A DNA stretch of 43,010 nt from contig DBQG01000050.1 of assembly GCA_002305125.1 (NCBI GenBank), positions 1 to 43,010 on the forward strand, written 5' to 3'. The first letter of the stretch is position 1. Each line of letters begins with the position of its first letter. A program made the translations under genes and the position numbers. This document shows positions 35,460 through 42,342 of the stretch, piece after piece. Source of the DNA: Patescibacteria group bacterium UBA1400 (GTDB lineage Bacteria > Patescibacteriota > Microgenomatia > UBA1400). The notes beneath the pieces were generated by a model. It saw only the letters and a list, made by a program, of their open reading frames with translations. It was not told the origin of the DNA and made no database searches.

Positions 35460-35867
35460 ATGGCTAAAGTTAAACAGTTAAAGTTTATTAAAGATGCAAA
35501 TTATTTTAAAATAACTCAAGAAGAGTTTAATACTTTAATGAAGGACAAGGCTTTAAAAAGAGTTGTCCAGCTTATTTTTTTCCTTCTATCTTTAAACCTT
35601 CTAATCTTAGCTCTTTTATGGCCCAAGCTACCACCTCAGCTACCTCTTTTATATCAAAAACCCTGGGGTGAAGAACAGTTGGTGGATAAACTTACTTTTC
35701 TTATTCTACCTCTGGCTAATTTAACTTTTTGTTTAGTTAATATAAGAGTAGCCAGTTTTTTTTTCAAAAAAGAAACTCTTTTAAGTCAAGTGCTTGTTTT
35801 TTCCTCCTTAACAGTCAATCTTTTAGCCACCATTACTCTAATAAGAATTATTACTATAATTATTTAA
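35460..35867 (+). CDS. Small membrane protein, unknown function
   Basis: 135-aa ORF with three predicted TMs, embedded between glycosyltransferase genes. Confidence 0.4.
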   Translation: MAKVKQLKFIKDANYFKITQEEFNTLMKDKALKRVVQLIFFLLSLNLLILALLWPKLPPQLPLLYQKPWGEEQLVDKLTFLILPLANLTFCLVNIRVASFFFKKETLLSQVLVFSSLTVNLLATITLIRIITIII

Positions 35868-35870
35868 CCT

Positions 35871-36986
35871 ATGAATCTTGTAAATATTTTTAGCAACTGG
35901 ATTTTAAGCAGAGCTTTACTGACTTTTATTATCTCCTGTCTTCTTTCTTTCTTACTAACTCCTTTGGTTATAAAGATATATCGGAAACTGAAGTGGCTGG
36001 ATGATCCCAAAAAACAAACCCATCCAAAAGTTATTCATAAATATCCTGTTCCAAGAGGAGGAGGGATACCTATTTTTTTAGCAATTTTAGCTACCAGTCT
36101 TATATTACTACCCCTAGATAAACATTTAATCGGCATTTTAGCAGGAGGATTTTTAATCTTAATTATTGGCATTCTTGATGACCGTTTCAATCTCAACCCT
36201 TATCTTAGGTTGGGAGCAGGTATACTGGCAGCCCTTTTTGTAGTGGGGGCTGGCATTGGCATTGCTTTTATAACCAATCCTTTTGGTGGAGTCATTCAAC
36301 TTAATCAACCACAAATACCTGTTTTTCTTTTCGGAAAAATGCGCACTATTTGGGTTTTAGCTGATATTTTTGCTGTTTTATGGATTTTATGGTCTATGAA
36401 TTTTGTTAACTGGTCTAAAGGCGTAGATGGTCAACTGCCCGGCATGGTAGCGATCGCCGGAATTACTATTGGTCTTTTAAGTCTAAAGTTCAGTGCCGAC
36501 ATTACTCAATGGCCAGTCATAATCCTGGCTTTTGCCACTGCTGGTGCTTATTTAGGTTTTCTGCCCTGGAATTTTTTTCCTCAAAAAATTATGCCCGGGT
36601 ATGGTGGAGGCGCTTTAGCCGGTTTTTTTCTGGCAGTACTAACTATTCTATCTACCACTAAGGTAGGCACAGGAACTATGGTTCTGGCTGTTCCCATGCT
36701 TGATGCTTTTTATACTATTATTAGAAGAATTAGGAAAGGGAAGTCTCCTGTTTGGGGAGACGCAGGCCACCTACATCATAAACTTATGAATTTGGGTTGG
36801 GGAAAAAGAAGAATTGCTATTTTTTATTGGCTTATAACTGCTATATTTGGTTTTTTAGCCATCGTATTGAAGACTCAAGCTAAATTTTATACAATCATTT
36901 TATTAATAGTTGTTTTTGGAGGCATATTATTGTGGTTAAACTACTTTCTCTCCTCCTCATCTCGGCCAGACCAATCCAGTGGCTAA
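35871..36986 (+). CDS. Polyprenyl-phosphate HexNAc-1-phosphate transferase (GT4 MraY/WecA/TagO family, WecA-like)
   Basis: 371-aa ORF with 'HKYPVPRGGGIPIF', 'GILDDRFNLNP' and 'MNFVNWSKGVDGQ(L)'. It is polytopic. Confidence 0.75.
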   Translation: MNLVNIFSNWILSRALLTFIISCLLSFLLTPLVIKIYRKLKWLDDPKKQTHPKVIHKYPVPRGGGIPIFLAILATSLILLPLDKHLIGILAGGFLILIIGILDDRFNLNPYLRLGAGILAALFVVGAGIGIAFITNPFGGVIQLNQPQIPVFLFGKMRTIWVLADIFAVLWILWSMNFVNWSKGVDGQLPGMVAIAGITIGLLSLKFSADITQWPVIILAFATAGAYLGFLPWNFFPQKIMPGYGGGALAGFFLAVLTILSTTKVGTGTMVLAVPMLDAFYTIIRRIRKGKSPVWGDAGHLHHKLMNLGWGKRRIAIFYWLITAIFGFLAIVLKTQAKFYTIILLIVVFGGILLWLNYFLSSSSRPDQSSG

Positions 36987-37867
36987 AAAATGTTCTTCTT
37001 TTTACCGGCCTTGTTTTTACCGGCTGGCTGTTTATTCCGGAAAAGTTTGTTAAAGTGCTTTTAGCCACCATAATCTTTTCTTTTGTTACCTCAGCTATTT
37101 ATATTTTCAACGATATTTTAGATATGCCCAAGGACAGACTTCATCCTTTAAAAAAAGACCGTCCCCTGGCTTCAGGAAAACTGCCCTTACCTTATGCTTT
37201 ATTTACTACCCTCTTTCTTATTATCTTTTCTTTATTTTTTGCCTCTAATCTTTCTTTTTTCTTTTTCCTTATTACTTTGGCCTACTTAATTCTTCACTTC
37301 CTTTACACCACCATTTTAAAAAACATTGTTATTATTGATGTTTTAGCTCTAGCTTCAGGCTTTATTCTAAGAGTATATGCCGGAGCCGTAGTTATTGATA
37401 CTCATATTAATATTTGGCTATTGCTGTGTGTAATTTCTTTTTCTCTGTTTTTAGCCGTAGGCAAAAGAAGGTCAGAACTAACCCTTTTAAGCAGTAAAAG
37501 TAAAATAGGAGAAACGCGGCAAGTGCTTTTTTCATATCCGGAAAAGCTGCTTGATCTTTATATTTCAATGTTTGCCAATACAACTTGGCTAACTTATGCT
37601 TGGTTTGCTTTTATTTATCCCACCATTACTCCTTCGGAAAGGTTAATTCATTTATGGGCTGATATTCCCAGAACCTTCAGAAGCCAAAAATGGCTCATGG
37701 CTACAATCCCGTTTGTTATTTACGGAGTAATGAGATATTTATTTGTGATTTATAAGGAAAATGAGGGAGAAACGCCTGCCAAAGTGCTTATTAAAGATAA
37801 GCCCTTGTTTGCCACTGTATTGGTTTGGGGATTAATGGTAATAGCTATTGTCTACGGTCTGAGCTAA
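36932..37867 (+). CDS. UbiA-family prenyltransferase, decaprenyl-phosphate phosphoribosyltransferase (DPPR synthase)-like
   Basis: 311-aa ORF with 'ARPIQWLKN' and 'NDILDMPKDRLHPLKKDRPLASGKL'. The GTG start follows GGAGG at 36918-36922. It overlaps the upstream gene by 55 nt. Confidence 0.7.
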   Translation: MVKLLSLLLISARPIQWLKNVLLFTGLVFTGWLFIPEKFVKVLLATIIFSFVTSAIYIFNDILDMPKDRLHPLKKDRPLASGKLPLPYALFTTLFLIIFSLFFASNLSFFFFLITLAYLILHFLYTTILKNIVIIDVLALASGFILRVYAGAVVIDTHINIWLLLCVISFSLFLAVGKRRSELTLLSSKSKIGETRQVLFSYPEKLLDLYISMFANTTWLTYAWFAFIYPTITPSERLIHLWADIPRTFRSQKWLMATIPFVIYGVMRYLFVIYKENEGETPAKVLIKDKPLFATVLVWGLMVIAIVYGLS

Positions 37868-37870
37868 GCA

Positions 37871-38788
37871 CTAACGGTATAAAGTGGCATAAGTACCTGA
37901 TATCCAACCTTGTTTGCCTTTTTTATACTCAATTTTATACCAACCGGTTTCATTAACTTCAATAAATTTAAAAACTTCATCAGGATAAATCTTGCCCAAC
38001 ACAGTCTCGTCTTTTCCTGCGGTTGAGGGTTCGCTTCTAACATTAAGCCAACCTGTAGGCGTATCTTTAATTTTTACATAAGGCTTGGCCATCTCCGCTC
38101 CCGGACTGGCCTCATCTTCTTCATTAAGTAAATCAGCCACATCGTCATCAACTTCCTCATCGGCTTTTTTACCCGACTCTGTTGCTTCTTTATCAGGTTC
38201 TTCCTGAATGATGCTTTCTTTAGCCAGCTGAACATCAATTAAAAGTTTATGGCCCTTAACAACTTTAGCCTTTAAACTCTCCTCCTTAAAACCAGGAGAG
38301 GATAAAGTTATCTGCCTTTCACCCTCAACAACATCATCTAGAGAAAGAGGCGTAAAGCCTTTGGGTTCACCGTCAATATTAACTACAACTCCATCCGGAG
38401 TACTAATAATTGAGACCTTGGTTGAGTCTTTATCAGTAATCGGTTCTAAGGTAAGGGTATAACCACTCATCTGATCTTCTTTAGAGGCAATATTACGGGA
38501 GACAACCGTCATAATGCCCGGATAAAGCTTAACAATTCCCTGCCATGTTAATAAAGCCTCACTAGCGCTGTCAGGTACAATCTTTACGGTATAATCTCCC
38601 GGCTTAAGCTCTTCGTTAAAATAAGGAGTTTGCCCTACGTGATTATCATTTAAAAATACTGTTGATGTAGGCTCAGACATAATCTGTAAAGCCGCCTGCT
38701 TTTTGCCCAGAAAAGGAATATTACAACCGGAAAGAAATAAAACTAAAAGTAAAATAATAAACGAAAGTAATGGTTTTACTAACTTCAT
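37871..38788 (-). CDS. Lipoprotein with PEGA domains, acidic linker and C-terminal SH3b domain
   Basis: The lipobox is 'LFLSGC'. PEGA-like segments are 'VFLNDNHVGQTPYF...PGDYTVKI' and 'VVVNIDGEPKGFTPLSL'. The SH3b region is 'GWLNVRSEPS...GWYKIEYKKGKQGWISGTY'. I place the start at ATG 38788 (MKLVKPLL); the ORF-track TTG at 38824 is less likely. Confidence 0.65.
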   Translation of the reverse strand: MKLVKPLLSFIILLLVLFLSGCNIPFLGKKQAALQIMSEPTSTVFLNDNHVGQTPYFNEELKPGDYTVKIVPDSASEALLTWQGIVKLYPGIMTVVSRNIASKEDQMSGYTLTLEPITDKDSTKVSIISTPDGVVVNIDGEPKGFTPLSLDDVVEGERQITLSSPGFKEESLKAKVVKGHKLLIDVQLAKESIIQEEPDKEATESGKKADEEVDDDVADLLNEEDEASPGAEMAKPYVKIKDTPTGWLNVRSEPSTAGKDETVLGKIYPDEVFKFIEVNETGWYKIEYKKGKQGWISGTYATLYR

Positions 38789-38887
38789 TAACCCAAATAT
38801 ACCATACAACACCTCTATTGACAAGAAAAAAGAGGTTAAAAAAACTATTTAAATTTGCTAAAATAGAGAAGCCGTCAAAAAAACAGT

Positions 38888-38959
38888 CGGCCTGGTAGCC
38901 AAGTGGAAAGGCGGAGGTCTGCAAAACCTCTATGCGTGGGTTCGATTCCCACCCAGGCC
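38888..38959 (+). tRNA. tRNA-Cys (anticodon GCA)
   Basis: I folded a 72-nt cloverleaf by hand. The acceptor stem is GGCCTGG/CCAGGCC. The anticodon arm is GAGGT-CTGCAAA-ACCTC. The T arm is GTGGG-TTCGATT-CCCAC. The discriminator is U73 and the 13:22 pair is A:A, both tRNA-Cys hallmarks. CCA is not encoded. Confidence 0.93.
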
Positions 38960-38971
38960 TCATAAAATAAG

Positions 38972-39081
38972 ACGAGTGCCTTCAAGGCAAGGTGTAAATC
39001 CTGACCGGTGGTAAAAGCCCACAAGCCAAAATGGCAGATCTGATAATGCAGAGCCGACGGTAAAGTCCGGATGAAAGGAGG
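38972..39081 (+). promoter_or_regulatory. FMN riboswitch (RFN element)
   Basis: It matches the conserved RFN cores: 'CTTCAAGGCAAGGTGTAAATCCTGACCGGTGGTAAAAGCCCACAAGCC' and 'GATCTGATAATGCAGAGCCGACGGTAAAGTCCGGATGAAAGGAGG'. For comparison, B. subtilis ribD has GGGCAGGGTGAAATTCCCGACCGGCGGTA...AGCCGACAGTGAAAGTCTGGATGGGAGAAGG. The 3' P1 strand contains the SD AAGGAGG. Confidence 0.85.
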
Positions 39082-39088
39082 CTTTTTT

Positions 39089-39835
39089 GTGAGGCTTATT
39101 AATAAAGTTTTGCCAATCGGATCTTTTATTCTTTTTTTAGGATTTTGGTATCTGATTCTTTTGATTAAAAACTACCCCAGCTTCATTTTGCCTACTCCCC
39201 ATGAAGTGGCAATCCGTTTTTTGAAAAGTATAACAAGCGGTATTCTGCCTTTTCACATCTTTATTACTTTGCAGGAAATTTTTTTGGGAGTTTTGGTTGG
39301 TTTTAGCCTGGCTTTTGGTCTAGGTTATATTCTGGCTAAATTTAAATTTTTAAAGTTAGCTATCTCTCCTTTAATCATTGGTTTTCAGGCTGTTCCTATT
39401 ATTGCTATGGCTCCTCTTCTTGTCATTTGGCTAGGACCAGGAATAGAAGCAAAAGTTTTTGTCTGTGCAGCTACTTTATTTTTTCCGGTACTGATCAATA
39501 GTATGGTTGGTTTTTCCAATATCGAGACTAATTATTATGATCTTTTAAACTCTTTAGAGGCAAACTTCTGGCAAAAATTGAAGTTTTTGGAAATTCCTGC
39601 CAGCATGCCGATATTTTTTGCCGGCTTAAAAATCGGAGTTACTTTAAGTGTAATCGGAGCTGTGGTGGGTGAGTTTGTCAGTTCAGATAAAGGTCTAGGT
39701 TTTTTAATTAGCCTGGCAGGCGGACTTTATGACACTCCTTTAAGATTTGTCGCTTTTTTTACCCTAAGCCTTATTGCTCTTTTGCTTTACCTAGGCGTAA
39801 GTTGGGGAGAAAAAAAACTTTTAAAATGGAAATAA
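39089..39835 (+). CDS. ABC transporter permease (NitT/TauT family; ThiX/RibX-like)
   Basis: The polytopic protein has the EAA-type loop 'LEANFWQKLKFLEIPASMPIFFAGLKIG...VVGEF'. I place the start at GTG 39089, 7 nt after AAGGAGG. The ORF-track ATG at 39071 lies inside the conserved riboswitch 3' core. Confidence 0.8.
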   Translation: MRLINKVLPIGSFILFLGFWYLILLIKNYPSFILPTPHEVAIRFLKSITSGILPFHIFITLQEIFLGVLVGFSLAFGLGYILAKFKFLKLAISPLIIGFQAVPIIAMAPLLVIWLGPGIEAKVFVCAATLFFPVLINSMVGFSNIETNYYDLLNSLEANFWQKLKFLEIPASMPIFFAGLKIGVTLSVIGAVVGEFVSSDKGLGFLISLAGGLYDTPLRFVAFFTLSLIALLLYLGVSWGEKKLLKWK

Positions 39836-39868
39836 ATTAAATTAAATTAAGAAAGGCTGAAAATTTAA

Positions 39869-40891
39869 ATGAATTTAAAAAAAGTAATCGTTTGGATCCT
39901 GCTGGGAGTATTTATTCTCCTTGCTTTTTATAGCAAAAATTACCGCCCAAATAAACAACAAGAAAAGATTAATAAAAAACTGGAGCTTGCCACGGTTAAA
40001 GTAGGTATGGGATTTATTCCTAATATTCAATTTGCTCCCTTTTATGTAGCCTTAGATAAAGGATTTTTTACTGACCAGGGATTGAGTCTTGATTTTAATT
40101 ACGGACTGGAAACAGATATTATTGCTCTTTTGGCAAACAAAGAGCTTGATATTGGCATTGGTAGCGGCGAGCAGGTAATCCTGGCCCAAGCTAAAGATCT
40201 GCCTATAGTTAACTTTTTCAACTGGTATCAACGCTTTCCCGTCTGCCTTATGTCCTTGGCAGAAAAAAAGATTAATGATCCTCAGGACTTAAAAGGAAAA
40301 ATTATCGGCATTCCAGTCATGCAGGGAGCTAGCTTTATCGGTCTTCAGGCCTTGCTTTTAGCCAATAATCTTAGTCAGGATCAAGTTAATATTCAAAGCA
40401 TTGGCTATACTCAAGCTGAAAGCCTTATCGCCGGCAAGGTTGACGCAGCTGTCTGTTATACTATAAATGAACCGGTTAATTTAAAAAATCAGGGTTACCA
40501 GCTTAATCTTATTGAAGTTGCTGACTATGTTAACTTTGTCTCCAATGGCCTTTTAACAAACCAGCAGATAATTAACCAACAACCTGAAATGCTGAAGGCT
40601 TTTATCATGGCTTTTTTAAAAGGGGTTGAGTTTACAATCACCAATCCTGATGAGGCTTTTACCATTGCCAAAAAATATATTCCGGAAATAGAAAATGAAC
40701 AGGTGCAAAAACAGGTTCTTTTGGAAAGCCTTAAAATCTGGCAGGTTACTGACCCCGGCCTTAACGATGTCAACCAATGGCAGGAGTCTTTAGAGTTTTT
40801 AACCAAAATCGGCTTAGTAGAAAAAGACCTTGAAGCAAACAGCCTGTTTACCAATCAATTTTTACCTTATGAAAAAAATAATAGAGATTAA
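39869..40891 (+). CDS. ABC transporter substrate-binding protein, NMT1/THI5-like (ThiY/RibY-like)
   Basis: 340-aa ORF with an N-terminal anchor helix. It has 'VKVGMGFIPNIQFAPFYVALDKGFF' and 'GKIIGIPVMQGASF'. Confidence 0.75.
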   Translation: MNLKKVIVWILLGVFILLAFYSKNYRPNKQQEKINKKLELATVKVGMGFIPNIQFAPFYVALDKGFFTDQGLSLDFNYGLETDIIALLANKELDIGIGSGEQVILAQAKDLPIVNFFNWYQRFPVCLMSLAEKKINDPQDLKGKIIGIPVMQGASFIGLQALLLANNLSQDQVNIQSIGYTQAESLIAGKVDAAVCYTINEPVNLKNQGYQLNLIEVADYVNFVSNGLLTNQQIINQQPEMLKAFIMAFLKGVEFTITNPDEAFTIAKKYIPEIENEQVQKQVLLESLKIWQVTDPGLNDVNQWQESLEFLTKIGLVEKDLEANSLFTNQFLPYEKNNRD

Positions 40892-41606
40892 AAATCTAAG
40901 TTATTCTTATACGGATTTAAAGGTTTTGCAAAATCTTAACTTTTCTGTTGAGGCAAACGAGTTTTTAGCCATTATCGGGCCCTTAGGCAGCGGCAAAACT
41001 ACTTTGCTTAAAATAATAGCTGGTTTGAAAAAAGCGGATAAAGGTAATATTTTATTCCAGGGTAAAAATTTACTTAAACCAACCAGAAAAATAGGCTTTA
41101 TCTTTCAAAAAAATAATCTTTTACCCTGGCTGACAGTCTGGGAAAATATAATTTTACCTTTAAAAATACAGCAGCTGTCAATAAAAGAAATTGAGAAAAG
41201 AGGAGAAGAGATTATTGAACTTGTAGATCTAAAAAAATTTAAACATATGTACCCTCATGAACTTTCGGGGGGAATGGAACAACTTGCGGCTTTAACCAGG
41301 GCTTTTATCACTGATGCCGAACTTTTACTCTTAGATGAACCTTTTGCTTCCCTAGATGTTATCAATAGGGAAAAAATGAATCTGGAACTGTTAAAACTAT
41401 GGAAACAAAGAAAAAAAACCATTCTTTTTGTCACCCACTCAATTGAAGAAGCAGTCTTTCTGGCTGACAAAATTATCCTTCTTGCTTCAAACAAAATCAA
41501 AAAAGAATTAACAATTAATTTTCCCAGGCCAAGAAATATAAATATAAGTAAGAGTAAAAAGTTTTTAAATAAAAAGTGCCAAATTAAAAATTTATGGCAA
41601 AACTAG
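40869..41606 (+). CDS. ABC transporter ATP-binding protein
   Basis: Walker A is 'GPLGSGKTT', the signature is 'LSGGMEQ', Walker B is 'LLLLDEPF', and the H-loop is 'VTHS'. I place the start at ATG 40869 (MKKIIEIKNLSY), overlapping the SBP gene by 23 nt. Confidence 0.85.
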   Translation: MKKIIEIKNLSYSYTDLKVLQNLNFSVEANEFLAIIGPLGSGKTTLLKIIAGLKKADKGNILFQGKNLLKPTRKIGFIFQKNNLLPWLTVWENIILPLKIQQLSIKEIEKRGEEIIELVDLKKFKHMYPHELSGGMEQLAALTRAFITDAELLLLDEPFASLDVINREKMNLELLKLWKQRKKTILFVTHSIEEAVFLADKIILLASNKIKKELTINFPRPRNINISKSKKFLNKKCQIKNLWQN

Positions 41607-42202
41607 AAAACAGAAAACTGCCTGGTACAATTACGGGTTAATCCGAGCAATCTACCTATACGATCTTCAGGAATGGTTCTGCAAGGATTTTTATATGCCC
41701 GGGCACTTAAAACCGTTTCACCTCTTTTTCCACCAACTCTTGGTTCAACTTTTAAAGACAACTGTTCTTTTGAACACCCTTGACCGCTTAAAACAGGACA
41801 GTAAGCAGTTCTTCCTTCTCTGTTGGGAGTAGGCAAATAACCAGCAGCATGTCTACCAATAAGAATATTGTCTCCTGGTTTCAACTGGTGACGAAAATGT
41901 TGCACTGCCAGTCTACCATTCCTTCCTATAAAAAAAATATCATATAATCCTTCTCCGCGCTTAGTCTTTCCAGATGGAATTACCATTACCACACTGCTTG
42001 TCGGATCGTCTTTTATGTCTTTATCAGGATTATTTCCTGGTAACAACCAAGCTGCAATTTCTCCAGGTCCATAAGTTTTAAGATCAATAGGGTTTCGGCT
42101 TGCCTCCACCTTAACCTCAATCAAAGCAGCTTCTAACTGTTGCCTGACAGACTCATTTAAATAATCTGCCATATTCATAGGTTCCGCAGATTCTTCTACC
42201 AT
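41603..42202 (-). CDS. Orphan hypothetical protein, compositionally atypical
   Basis: The 199-aa ORF is uninterrupted in an AT-rich background. Two 60-nt lines I counted are 42-43% G+C, against about 30% in a line from the adjacent ABC gene. It has 17 Arg and 11 Lys, whereas its neighbours are Lys-rich. No TM segment and no family are recognisable. A perfect promoter lies directly upstream. Confidence 0.55.
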   Translation of the reverse strand: MVEESAEPMNMADYLNESVRQQLEAALIEVKVEASRNPIDLKTYGPGEIAAWLLPGNNPDKDIKDDPTSSVVMVIPSGKTKRGEGLYDIFFIGRNGRLAVQHFRHQLKPGDNILIGRHAAGYLPTPNREGRTAYCPVLSGQGCSKEQLSLKVEPRVGGKRGETVLSARAYKNPCRTIPEDRIGRLLGLTRNCTRQFSVF

Positions 42203-42208
42203 AATTAA

Positions 42209-42236
42209 ATTATAAAAATTTCCCTAAAGGTGTCAA
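42209..42236 (-). promoter_or_regulatory. Perfect sigma70 consensus promoter TTGACA-N16-TATAAT (- strand), -10 ends 6 nt before the ATG
   Basis: The reverse complement of 42231-42236 is TTGACA. The reverse complement of 42209-42214 is TATAAT. The ATG is at 42202-42200. Confidence 0.65.
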
Positions 42237-42253
42237 TAGATAAGCGAAATTTC

Positions 42254-42281
42254 TTGACAAAAAGGTTTTTTTTGTTATAAT
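42254..42281 (+). promoter_or_regulatory. Perfect sigma70 consensus promoter TTGACA-N16-(TGt)TATAAT (+ strand)
   Basis: TTGACA is at 42254-42259 and TATAAT at 42276-42281. The preceding TGT gives an extended -10. Confidence 0.65.
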
Positions 42282-42288
42282 ACTGCTA

Positions 42289-42319
42289 TCTCTCCTTTAA
42301 TCGGGGGAGAATTTTTTTT
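42289..42319 (+). terminator. Terminator-like hairpin plus U8 in the 5' leader of the M23 peptidase gene
   Basis: The 7-bp stem pairs TCTCTCC (42289-42295) with GGGGAGA (42304-42310), including one G:U. The loop is 8 nt. An A and then T8 (42312-42319) follow. The hairpin starts about 8 nt after the -10. Confidence 0.4.
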
Positions 42320-42342
42320 GGCTTAATAGTTTTAAGCCGTTT

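Noticed and set aside
38721-38963. An 80-aa - strand ORF beginning 'MRPGWESNPRIEVLQTSAFPLGYQA'.
   Set aside because: This peptide is the classic antisense translation of a tRNA gene. The region folds into a complete tRNA-Cys(GCA) on the + strand, and the rest of the ORF overlaps the 5' end and upstream region of the PEGA lipoprotein gene.
38972-39081. The possibility that the leader of the NMT1/THI5-type transporter is a TPP (THI-box) riboswitch, as in thiXYZ operons.
   Set aside because: The sequence lacks the THI-box hallmarks (CTGAGA and ACCTGATCTGGATAATGCCAGCG-type cores). It matches the RFN/FMN cores instead (GGTGTAAATCCTGACCGGTGGTA...AGCCGACGGTAAAGTCCGGATG). The resemblance around 'GATCTGATAATGCAG' is superficial.
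38888-42342. A genomic island integrated at tRNA-Cys, which would explain the GC-rich orphan ORF at 41603-42202.
   Set aside because: No integrase, recombinase, phage or transposase gene is present, and I saw no direct repeat of the tRNA 3' end downstream. The intervening genes are a coherent riboswitch-controlled ABC operon with host-like AT-rich composition.
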